From an uncultured Spirochaetaceae bacterium (GTDB lineage Bacteria; Spirochaetota; Spirochaetia; DSM-27196; CAZPXH01), in NCBI GenBank assembly GCA_964591085.1, contig CAZPXH010000003.1, positions 158,426-222,425 on the forward strand: a DNA stretch of 64,000 nucleotides. The letters are read 5' to 3'. This document shows positions 36,373 to 44,669 of the stretch, piece after piece. The notes beneath the pieces were generated by a model. The model was not told where the DNA came from. It did no database searches and saw only the letters and a program-made list of their open reading frames with translations. The position numbers and the translations under genes were made by a program. Each line of letters begins with the position of its first letter. Within the stretch, counting starts at the first letter, position 1.

Positions 36373-38265
36373 ATGCTTTTTCTCATTGCGCAACCCCCTG
36401 CCTGTCCGTATCGTCCGCTGGTGACCAGCCCCCCAGTTAGAAACATTGCAATCATCGCCCACGTAGACCACGGCAAGACAACGCTTGTGGATGCCATGTT
36501 CCGCACCTCCGGCATCTTCCGCGAAGGCAAGGTGGTAGAGGAACGGCTCATGGATCGCATGGATCTTGAGCGGGAGCGTGGCATCACCATCGCAGCCAAG
36601 AATTGCGCCATCAACTGGAAGAACACCAAGATCAACATCATCGATACGCCGGGTCACGCGGACTTTGGGGGCGAGGTGGAGCGCGCGCTCTCCATGGCCG
36701 ATGGTGCCTTGCTGCTCGTGGACGCGGCGGAGGGACCGTTGCCGCAAACTCGATTTGTCCTGCGAAAGACGCTGGAAGCCGGGCTTCCGGTCATTGTAGT
36801 GGTGAACAAGCTGGACCGGAAGGACGCGCGCCCGGAAGTGGTATTGGATCAGATCTCTGATCTCTTCATTGACCTGGATGCAAGCGAGGAGCAGTACCAC
36901 TTCCCTCTGCTGTATGCAGTTGCGCGGGACGGTATTGCTGCGCCGGAACCCGCCGGTGTCGGCTTTGTGAATGGGGCGTTCTCCGGCATCCCGGATGGCG
37001 CAACGCTGCAGCCGCTGCTGGATGCAATCCTTGAAACGGTCCCAGCTCCAGCACTTGATCCTGCAGGCGACTTCCAGATGCTGGTGAGCGACCTCGGGTA
37101 TTCCGATTACCTCGGGCGTCTGGCAATCGGTCGGATCCACGCGGGTGTGGTTCGCTCCGCGGATCAGCTCGCGCGGATTGATTCAGACGGGAACATCAGC
37201 CCGCTGCGGGTGACGCGCCTCCAGGTGTACGACGGGATCTCCATTGTTGAGGCGGAGGAGGTCTCAGCTGGGGACGTGGTGGTGCTTTCCGGCATAGACG
37301 AGGTGCACATCGGAGACACAATCTGCAAGCGCTCGGCTCCCAAGGCACTCCGGCGAATCACCGTAGACGAACCGACGGTCACCATGCTCTTCCTGCGAAA
37401 CTCCGGGCCGCTGTCCGGGACGGAAGGCAAACTGGTGCAGTCCACCCGCATCCGCGAACGCCTGGACAAGGAGACGCTGTCCAATGTGTCACTCCGGGTT
37501 GACGATGCGCCCGGCCAGGACGGCTTTGTGGTCATGGGTCGTGGCGAGTTTCAGATGGCTATCCTCATAGAGACCATGCGGCGCGAGGGCTTTGAGCTGT
37601 GCGTTGGCCGACCCCGCGTGATCACCCGGAAGGCCGCTGACGGCACGCTGGAAGAGCCAATCGAACGACTGTTTGTGGATACCGCCGAAGAGTACACGGG
37701 AATCGTTACGGAGAAGCTCTCTATCCGCAAAGGGCGGCTGGTGAACCTGACAAACCACTCGCGCGGCCGCACCCGTCTTGAGTTCAGCATCCCCTCCCGC
37801 GCCCTCATCGGCTTCCGGGATGAGCTGCTCACCGACACCCGCGGGACCGGAATCATGAACGCGTACCTTGAAGGCTACGAGGCATGGCGCGGAGACTTTC
37901 CCAGCCGCCAGACCGGCTCGCTTGTCAGCGATAGAGAGGGCGTCACCGTTCCCTACGCGCTGTTCAACCTGGAACCGCGCGGACAGCTCTTTGTGGGCCC
38001 CGGCCAGAAGGTCTACGAGGGAATGGTTGTGGGCGAGCACAACCGGGACAATGACCTGGACGTGAACCCCTGCAAGACCAAGAAGCTCACCAACATGCGG
38101 GCGGCCGGGCGCGATGAGAACGTGATCCTCACACCCTACCGGGCGATGACACTGGAGATGGCAATCAACTTCATCCGTGACGATGAGCTGGTTGAGGTCA
38201 CGCCCAGGTCCATCCGGATGAGAAAAGCAGAACTCCTGCAGACCGAACGGAAGCGCCAGCGTTAG
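36373..38265 (+). CDS. typA: Translational GTPase TypA/BipA
   Basis: [40 protein letters not shown]-like domains. The track ORF from 35992 is over-extended. Candidate starts are the ATG at 36373 or the GTG at 36421 ([12 protein letters not shown]...). The latter matches family N-terminal length better. Confidence 0.93.
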   Translation: MLFLIAQPPACPYRPLVTSPPVRNIAIIAHVDHGKTTLVDAMFRTSGIFREGKVVEERLMDRMDLERERGITIAAKNCAINWKNTKINIIDTPGHADFGGEVERALSMADGALLLVDAAEGPLPQTRFVLRKTLEAGLPVIVVVNKLDRKDARPEVVLDQISDLFIDLDASEEQYHFPLLYAVARDGIAAPEPAGVGFVNGAFSGIPDGATLQPLLDAILETVPAPALDPAGDFQMLVSDLGYSDYLGRLAIGRIHAGVVRSADQLARIDSDGNISPLRVTRLQVYDGISIVEAEEVSAGDVVVLSGIDEVHIGDTICKRSAPKALRRITVDEPTVTMLFLRNSGPLSGTEGKLVQSTRIRERLDKETLSNVSLRVDDAPGQDGFVVMGRGEFQMAILIETMRREGFELCVGRPRVITRKAADGTLEEPIERLFVDTAEEYTGIVTEKLSIRKGRLVNLTNHSRGRTRLEFSIPSRALIGFRDELLTDTRGTGIMNAYLEGYEAWRGDFPSRQTGSLVSDREGVTVPYALFNLEPRGQLFVGPGQKVYEGMVVGEHNRDNDLDVNPCKTKKLTNMRAAGRDENVILTPYRAMTLEMAINFIRDDELVEVTPRSIRMRKAELLQTERKRQR

Positions 38266-38316
38266 CGGACCGGGAAGCCTTCTCACAGGCAGGTTGCCGT
38301 AGTACAAAAGGAAAGC

Positions 38317-39888
38317 ATGCAGGCGGAGCACCCGTTCCGGGGCCGTTCGGTCACAGCAATCCGTGATCTCAACCGGGACGAGCGGCTCTATCTGTACCGC
38401 CGGACCCGGGAGCTCAAGACGCTTCTTCTGCAGGGCGAGTCAGCGGATCTGTTTCGGATAAACCATCCGGATTTTGGTATGTACGAAATCTTTTTGGAGG
38501 ACAGCACCCGTACACGGGAGTCCTTCAAGAACGCCGCGATGTTTCACCGGATCAAGGTGTCCGAGCTGAACGCCGGCAGTTCATCCTTCAACAAAAAGGA
38601 AAGCTACGCAGACACCATCGCCAACCTCATTGGCTACGGCAACCGGGTGTTCGTACTGCGGACCACCCTTGAGGGCGTCTGCCGTCACCTGGTGGAGCAA
38701 ACCGAGCACTATCGCAAGCGCCACGGCCTGCAGCACGGAATCTCCTTCATCAATGCGGGTGACGGACTCCACGAGCACCCCACCCAGGAACTGCTGGACG
38801 AGTTCACGTTCCTGGAAGACCTGGACTGGTCTCCACAGCGGATCCACCTGGCGCTGGTCGGCGACCTCTATCACGGACGCACGGTGCACTCCAAGGTGTA
38901 CGGGCTGGACCTGTTTGAGTCGGTGAAGGTGGATCTGGTTGCTCCCGCGGAGCTTGCAATGCCAGCGGCCTACGTCCGGGCAATGGAGCGGCAGGGCTTT
39001 GCGGTGCAGAGCTTCCCGTCAATAGATGCGTATCTGGAGTCCGGGGACGTAGCACCACAATGGTACTTCACACGCCCGCAGCTTGAGCGAATGGGAGACC
39101 GGATCCTGCGTCGGCAGGCGGAACTCCGGGCGGCAATCACCTTCACCGAGGACAAGATCGGCCGCGTGTCCGCCAGCACCCGCTTCTACCACCCGCTTCC
39201 CCGCCACCGCGAGCACCCCACAATCCCCGCAGCACTGGACGCAACCCACCTCAATGGCTGGGAACGCCAGTCTGCCAACGGATACCTGGTGCGAATTGTG
39301 CTTCTGGCAATGGTGGCAGGACGCATCGGTGATGATTATCACGGGCCGATCGCGAGCCCCCGCCCGCTTCCGCGCGACTACATCACGGAGGTGGAGCCGA
39401 CCCACAGCAAGCCAAAGCGCTACTCGGAGGGCGTTCGCCCAATCCACGACGGCGTGGTGATAGACCACATATGCAGCGGAGACCCTCCCCAGGAGATTCG
39501 CCGGCACATGGTAACCTTGCAGGCGGTTGCGCGCCTTCACGGCCGCGGTGGTGAGTGGGTGTCGACCGGCTCAGACGGAAGCCACAAGGGAATTCTTTTC
39601 CGGCCCGAGTTCGGCGAATTGAGCGACGACCAGATGGAAACGCTGGCGGCGGTTGTACCGGGCGCAACGGTGAACGTGATTTCGGGAGGCGAGGTGAAGC
39701 GGAAGGTTCGGCTCAGTCGCCCGCCCCGCATTGCAGCAATTCCAGGCCTCCGGTGTGGGAACCCCAACTGCATCACCCACCCGGACCACGCGGAGGGAAT
39801 CATCCCGAGTTTTCAGCGTACTGAAGATGACAGCTACGCGTGCGAGTACTGCAGCCGAGAGCACACCTTCAAGGAGATCTGGGTTTGA
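38317..39888 (+). CDS. pyrBI: Fused aspartate carbamoyltransferase catalytic + regulatory chains (PyrB-PyrI)
   Basis: 523 aa. ATCase motifs STRTR, HEHPTQ and HPLPR in aa 1-330. A roughly 35-aa linker follows. Then PyrI-like GVVIDHI... and a Zn domain CGNPNC...CEYC. Confidence 0.9.
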   Translation: MQAEHPFRGRSVTAIRDLNRDERLYLYRRTRELKTLLLQGESADLFRINHPDFGMYEIFLEDSTRTRESFKNAAMFHRIKVSELNAGSSSFNKKESYADTIANLIGYGNRVFVLRTTLEGVCRHLVEQTEHYRKRHGLQHGISFINAGDGLHEHPTQELLDEFTFLEDLDWSPQRIHLALVGDLYHGRTVHSKVYGLDLFESVKVDLVAPAELAMPAAYVRAMERQGFAVQSFPSIDAYLESGDVAPQWYFTRPQLERMGDRILRRQAELRAAITFTEDKIGRVSASTRFYHPLPRHREHPTIPAALDATHLNGWERQSANGYLVRIVLLAMVAGRIGDDYHGPIASPRPLPRDYITEVEPTHSKPKRYSEGVRPIHDGVVIDHICSGDPPQEIRRHMVTLQAVARLHGRGGEWVSTGSDGSHKGILFRPEFGELSDDQMETLAAVVPGATVNVISGGEVKRKVRLSRPPRIAAIPGLRCGNPNCITHPDHAEGIIPSFQRTEDDSYACEYCSREHTFKEIWV

Positions 39889-41477
39889 GTTCTGTCTCTG
39901 AGGAAGTGATTTCCGCGGCGCGTGAGGCAGGTGCCCTCAGCATCCAGACTGACCCGCCGTTCCGCTGGGCCTCCGGCGCCATGATGCCGGTGTACAACGA
40001 CAATCGCATCCTCATGGCCACGCCCCGTGGTCGCCGCGCTGTCCTTGGCGGCTTTGCTGCGATCATCGCGAAGAATGGGCTGGACTTTGATGGGGTAGCC
40101 GGGACGGCGAGCGCCGGCATAGCGCCAGCCACGCTGGTGGCCGAACACTTTCAGTGCCCGCTCTACTACGTCCGCGCGGAAAGCAAGGGCCACGGCCGGG
40201 AACGGCTGATTGAGGGAGCTCCCGAGGCAGGCCTGGACGGACAGCGGATCCTCCTGATTGAAGATCTCATCTCTACGGGGGGCAGCAGCACGCGTGCTGC
40301 AGAGGCCCTGATCCGCGCCGGCGCTCGGGTCACGGCCTGCCTGGCAATCTTCAGCTACGGGTTTGCCGGCGCCGCAGAGCGCATTCAGACACTTCCCGGC
40401 TCGCCACCGCTGCGGGTGCTTGCCTCTGTCACGGACCTTGTTCGGGATGGCAGGACGCGCGGCTGGCTATCGGCCGAGGATGGTGAGATCATTGACGAGT
40501 GGCTCGCAGATCCCTTTGGGTGGTGGGAAGCCCGGCAGGCCCTGTCACCGGTGCCCGCGACTATCACGGTGGACCAGCCCGACAAGGCAGCGGCCCGCGC
40601 GGCTGACATCGCTTCCCGCCTGAGTACCGCAGCCACGTCCGCAGGCCACCTGTTGTGCGTGGGCATTGATCCCCGGCCGGAGCTGCTCCCGGCGGGGATG
40701 GACGTTGCTGAGTTCCTGACGGGGGTGCTGGAAGAGATTTCTGCTAGCGGGCCGCCTCCTGCGGCCTTCAAGCCCAACATCGCGTACTTCCACCAGCTCG
40801 ACCGTCCCCTGGAAGAGGATTTCAGTGGCACCCGGGCGCTCGCTGCAACGATCAGTCATATCCGCTCCTCGTTCCCTGAAATCCCGGTGATACTGGACGC
40901 CAAGCGCGCGGACATCGCGGCAAGCAGCGCCGCGTACGCCAGGGAGGCCTTTGGAGCGTGGCACGCCGATGCGCTCACCGTCTCACCCTTCATGGGAGAC
41001 GATTCGGTAGCCCCCTTCCTTACGGCGGCGGCGGAGGCAGACACCGCCCGCTGGGTGTACGTGCTCAACCGGACAAGCAATCCCGGGGCACAGCGCTTCC
41101 AGGACAACGCTGACAGCAGTACCGGCCGTCCCTTGTTTGAGTCGGTAGCGCATGCAATTCAGGCCTGGCAGCGCGAGTACGGGACCGCGGGTGCCGTGAT
41201 TGGCGCTACGGCGCCCGAAGAGCTTGAACGGCTTCTGCAGCTGCACTCGGCGCTTCCCCTGCCGATTCTAGTGCCGGGCGTTGGCGCTCAGGGTGGTTCA
41301 GCCGCGGGAGTCATGGACGCCATTTCCCGCTCCGGCTTCCCGGCGGGTCTTGTCCGAATCTCTGCGTCCAGGCAAATCCTCGCGCCGTGGGGCGACCGGG
41401 GTGCCCCCAGGACCTGGCGCCGAGAAGTTGCGGCGAGCTATGCGAATCTGGCCACGGAGTGCGCGTGGCAGGGTTGA
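39885..41477 (+). CDS. pyrEF: Fused orotate phosphoribosyltransferase + OMP decarboxylase (PyrE-PyrF, UMP-synthase-like)
   Basis: The N-terminal half has the PRTase motif ILLIEDLISTGGSS. The C-terminal half is a type-2 OMP decarboxylase (LCVGIDPR, ILDAKRADIAASS, PGVGAQGG). The TTG at 39885 is preceded by AAGGAGA with a 7-nt spacer and overlaps the pyrBI stop (TTGA). Confidence 0.9.
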   Translation: MSSVSEEVISAAREAGALSIQTDPPFRWASGAMMPVYNDNRILMATPRGRRAVLGGFAAIIAKNGLDFDGVAGTASAGIAPATLVAEHFQCPLYYVRAESKGHGRERLIEGAPEAGLDGQRILLIEDLISTGGSSTRAAEALIRAGARVTACLAIFSYGFAGAAERIQTLPGSPPLRVLASVTDLVRDGRTRGWLSAEDGEIIDEWLADPFGWWEARQALSPVPATITVDQPDKAAARAADIASRLSTAATSAGHLLCVGIDPRPELLPAGMDVAEFLTGVLEEISASGPPPAAFKPNIAYFHQLDRPLEEDFSGTRALAATISHIRSSFPEIPVILDAKRADIAASSAAYAREAFGAWHADALTVSPFMGDDSVAPFLTAAAEADTARWVYVLNRTSNPGAQRFQDNADSSTGRPLFESVAHAIQAWQREYGTAGAVIGATAPEELERLLQLHSALPLPILVPGVGAQGGSAAGVMDAISRSGFPAGLVRISASRQILAPWGDRGAPRTWRREVAASYANLATECAWQG

Positions 41478-43291
41478 GCCCGGCGGAAGCGCGCGCCGCG
41501 GCAGCGGAGTCTCGTGCAAACAGGCTGCGCGCCATGATCCGCGAACGCGCCTCCAGCAGAAGCGGCGCACCCGACGGTTCCGCCTCCATTCCCATAGCAA
41601 CGGTGAGCGGCATTGCTTCCACAACGGCGGGCATGATTGCGTGGTTTGACCGCGCCACTGCGGTCACAATCATCACCACCAAGAGTTTTCAGCTGCAGCC
41701 CAACCCCGGCAACGGAGAACCAATCATCACGGAAGCCAGGCCCGGATGCTTTGGCAACGCGGTGGGTCTGCGCAACCCCGGAATTCGGACCGGGATATCG
41801 CAGCTTGCGGCGCTCCGTGCAAGCACCGACATCTCCGCCCTGCTGCTGGTATCGCTGTCCGGGACCACTGCGGATGAGTTTGCACAGCTCGCCCGGCGTG
41901 CCGCGTCGGTCGCAGACATGGTGGAGCTCAACTACTCCTGCCCGCACGCCACCAAGGGCTATGGGGCGGACATCGGCAAGGACCGGGATCTTATCCAGCA
42001 GATCACGGCGGTGGTTGTAGAAGCAGTCGGGGAGATCCCGGTCATCGTCAAGCTCACACCCAACGTTCCGGACATTGCTGCAATGGCGGAAGCGGCAATT
42101 CTGGGCGGAGCGGCGGGTGTCAGCGCAATCAACACCGTGGGACCGGCCACCTACCCCCACCCGGGGGCTGGAGCGCAGATCCTCACAAACCCTCCTGACG
42201 GGCGCGGTGGCCAGAGTGGCGAGTGGGTCCGGGAGGTGGCAGTACATGCGGTCCGCAGCATCCGTGAGAGAATTGGCGGTTTCCCCGTCATCATCGCAAT
42301 GGGCGGAGTAGCCACACCGCAGGATGCGGAAGCCCTTGCGAGCGCCGGTGCTGATGTGGTGGGCGTGGGCAGCGCACTTGCCCGAATCCACCAACGCGAG
42401 TGGCCGTTGTACCTGCGTTCGCTCGCAACCGGCGCCAAATCCACCATATCCACGGAGCCGTCACCGCCATCCCTGCCGTCCCTGCGGGCGGCTGCCGGAA
42501 TGGAGCTCAGGCCACACCAGGTCTTTGCCATCCGGGAGATTGGTGGTGATCTGGTTGAGCTGGACGTCCAGTTGCCCCTGGAGTTTGCGCCGGGACAGAG
42601 CGTGTTCATCTGGATCCCAGGAGTCGGTGAGAAGCCCTTTGCTCCCGCCATCACCACGGCAGGAAGCGATTCCTCAGGCGGCGTTACTACTTTCCTGATC
42701 AAGCGCAGGGGCCCGGTGACCCGCGCTATCGCAGCAAGCCGTGCCGGTGACTCTGTGTACATCCGAGGTCCCTACGGAGATGCCTGGAGTCCAGCGACAC
42801 CGGAGCAGGCGGTGCGAGCTCCGGTGGCTGGCGGCAGCGCCCTCCTCCTTGCGGCCGGAAGTGGGATGGCAACGCTTCCCGGTGTGGCGGAGCGCTATCA
42901 CCGCGCCGGATACTCGGTGCACGCGGCAATTGGTGTGCGGACCGCCATTGCCGGGAGCTCCGTACTTGCATCGCTGGAGCGTTGGGCATCCGTGGAGGTG
43001 GTGCCGGATCAGGGCCAGGAGGCCCGGGTGCTGCAACAGATTGCCTCCCTGCTGTCTGGCCGCGCAGCGGAGAACAGGCCAGTACAGCGGGCGTGGGTGT
43101 GCGGTCCGGAGCGATTCATGCAGAGGGCCATGGAGACCTTGCGTGCCGCCGGGCTGCCTCCAGGGCAGATTCAGCTCTCCCTGGAGCGGATGATGCGATG
43201 CGGTGTGGGAATGTGCGGCGAGTGCCACCACAAGGGACTGCTAACCTGCCAGTTTGGAACAGTGATAACCGCGGAGGAGATTGGACAATGA
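41465..43291 (+). CDS. pyrDK: Fused dihydroorotate dehydrogenase catalytic subunit + electron-transfer subunit (PyrD-PyrK)
   Basis: The N-terminal part is a class-1B-like DHODH TIM barrel (TTKSFQLQPNPGNGEPI, GNAVGLRNPG, ELNYSCPHA, IAMGGVATPQDA). A Ser/Pro linker follows. Then a PyrK-like FAD/NAD domain and a 2Fe-2S motif MRCGVGMCGECHH...C. The start is uncertain: GTG at 41465 (GGAG 5 nt upstream), TTG at 41474 (TTGA overlap) or ATG at 41534. Confidence 0.85.
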   Translation: MAGLSPAEARAAAAESRANRLRAMIRERASSRSGAPDGSASIPIATVSGIASTTAGMIAWFDRATAVTIITTKSFQLQPNPGNGEPIITEARPGCFGNAVGLRNPGIRTGISQLAALRASTDISALLLVSLSGTTADEFAQLARRAASVADMVELNYSCPHATKGYGADIGKDRDLIQQITAVVVEAVGEIPVIVKLTPNVPDIAAMAEAAILGGAAGVSAINTVGPATYPHPGAGAQILTNPPDGRGGQSGEWVREVAVHAVRSIRERIGGFPVIIAMGGVATPQDAEALASAGADVVGVGSALARIHQREWPLYLRSLATGAKSTISTEPSPPSLPSLRAAAGMELRPHQVFAIREIGGDLVELDVQLPLEFAPGQSVFIWIPGVGEKPFAPAITTAGSDSSGGVTTFLIKRRGPVTRAIAASRAGDSVYIRGPYGDAWSPATPEQAVRAPVAGGSALLLAAGSGMATLPGVAERYHRAGYSVHAAIGVRTAIAGSSVLASLERWASVEVVPDQGQEARVLQQIASLLSGRAAENRPVQRAWVCGPERFMQRAMETLRAAGLPPGQIQLSLERMMRCGVGMCGECHHKGLLTCQFGTVITAEEIGQ

Positions 43292-44346
43292 TTGATCCCC
43301 ACGTGCACCTGCGGGACTGGGCCCAGAGCGAGAAGGAAACGCTCGCCCACGGACTCTCATTCGCGTGGCGCATCGGTCTCTCCGGAGTTTTTGAGATGCC
43401 AAACACGAATCCCCCACTTACCACCAGAGATGCGATAGCGCGGCGCCTTGCGGACGCGGATCGGGCCAGGGCGGAGATCAACTCCCCCATCTTCCACGGC
43501 CTGTACTTTGGCGCCACGCCGGATCCCGATCAGCTTGCCGAGGTTGTTGCCGCGCACGCCGAGTTCTTTCCCCGCGTTGTGGGGATGAAGCTCTTTGCCG
43601 CGCACAGCACCGGACGGATGGGAGTGATCACGCGGGACGCGCAGTGGCGGGTCTGGAGCAGGCTTGCAGAGCTGGACTACCGCGGCGTGGTTGCCGTGCA
43701 CGCGGAGACGGAGGATCTGTGTTACCCGGAACTCTGGGATCCGGCCGATCCCATCAGCCACGGAACGGTGCGCCCGGTGGCCGCGGAGATACACTCGGTC
43801 AGGCAACAGATTGAGCTTGCAAGCGAGGCAGGATTCCGGGGCAGCCTGCACATCGTGCACGTCACCACCCCGGATGTGCTGGACATCATCAATGAGGCAC
43901 GCGGCAGCCATTCCTTTGCCATCCGCGGTGGCGTGACGCCGCACCACGCGCTCCTGAATGATTCGCTCCTGCGGAAGTCCGTTGTTCCGGAGTGGAAGGT
44001 GAACCCGCCGATCCGGCCGCCGGCCATCCAGGAAGTCATGTACCAGCGCGTCATGTCCGGGTCCATTGACTGGATTGAGAGCGACCACGCTCCCCACACG
44101 CTGGAAGACAAGCGCGCCGGCGCGAGTGGCATCCCCGGCATCCCGGCCTTCCGCCTGCTCACCGACATGCTGCGTGAAAGGCTATCTCCCGATGATGCGG
44201 ACCGCCTCACCCACCAGGCCGTGATAGACGCGTTCCAGATCCCGGCAGATACATTCCCGGAGAATCCTGCAGCACACGCTCCCTGGTCCTACACCGACGC
44301 CGCAACGGAATACCCCTGGGATCCCTACCGCTTCCTGGTGGGATAG
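43288..44346 (+). CDS. pyrC: Dihydroorotase
   Basis: MIDPHVHLRDW, MPNTNPP, VGMKLF, AVHAE, HIVHVTT, NPPIR, SDHAPH motifs. The ATG at 43288 forms an ATGA overlap with pyrDK, with a GGAGGAG RBS. The track ORF from 42982 is over-extended. Confidence 0.88.
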   Translation: MIDPHVHLRDWAQSEKETLAHGLSFAWRIGLSGVFEMPNTNPPLTTRDAIARRLADADRARAEINSPIFHGLYFGATPDPDQLAEVVAAHAEFFPRVVGMKLFAAHSTGRMGVITRDAQWRVWSRLAELDYRGVVAVHAETEDLCYPELWDPADPISHGTVRPVAAEIHSVRQQIELASEAGFRGSLHIVHVTTPDVLDIINEARGSHSFAIRGGVTPHHALLNDSLLRKSVVPEWKVNPPIRPPAIQEVMYQRVMSGSIDWIESDHAPHTLEDKRAGASGIPGIPAFRLLTDMLRERLSPDDADRLTHQAVIDAFQIPADTFPENPAAHAPWSYTDAATEYPWDPYRFLVG

Positions 44347-44669
44347 CGTGGGTTCTGTTACGTGTGGGTTTCCGCTGGCCTGGTGAGAACCGGCGCCACC
44401 CGGACCGGGCGGGCTTTTGAGTACAACCTGGAGAGATGATTGCTGAAAACAGTCAGGCGCCTGGAGTACACGGGCTGTAAGGCGGCGGTTCCGTCAACGA
44501 ATGACTGCAGAACGGTCCGATCGTTTCCCGCAGCCCGGCGTGGACAAATGATTCGGTGGGAATACGCAACATAACACTGCTGAGCGGTCGAAGGTCACCG
44601 TGGAGCAGCGAACGATCCGATGCGTCCAGCTTTTTAGACGCGTCTAGAAATTTGCCCTGTTTCGGCGCC

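Noticed and set aside
44347-44669. 323-nt ORF-free convergent gap between pyrC and pstA, considered as a possible sRNA or bidirectional terminator. It includes a weak hairpin at about 44393-44420 (CCCGG-A-CCGGG followed by GCTTTTG) and the 12-bp palindrome TAGACGCGTCTA at 44635-44646.
   Set aside because: Neither structure has an adequate stem and loop plus U-tract to call a terminator with confidence. I saw no promoter-like elements or conserved-looking structure. It is worth checking with RNA-seq but unsupported from sequence alone.
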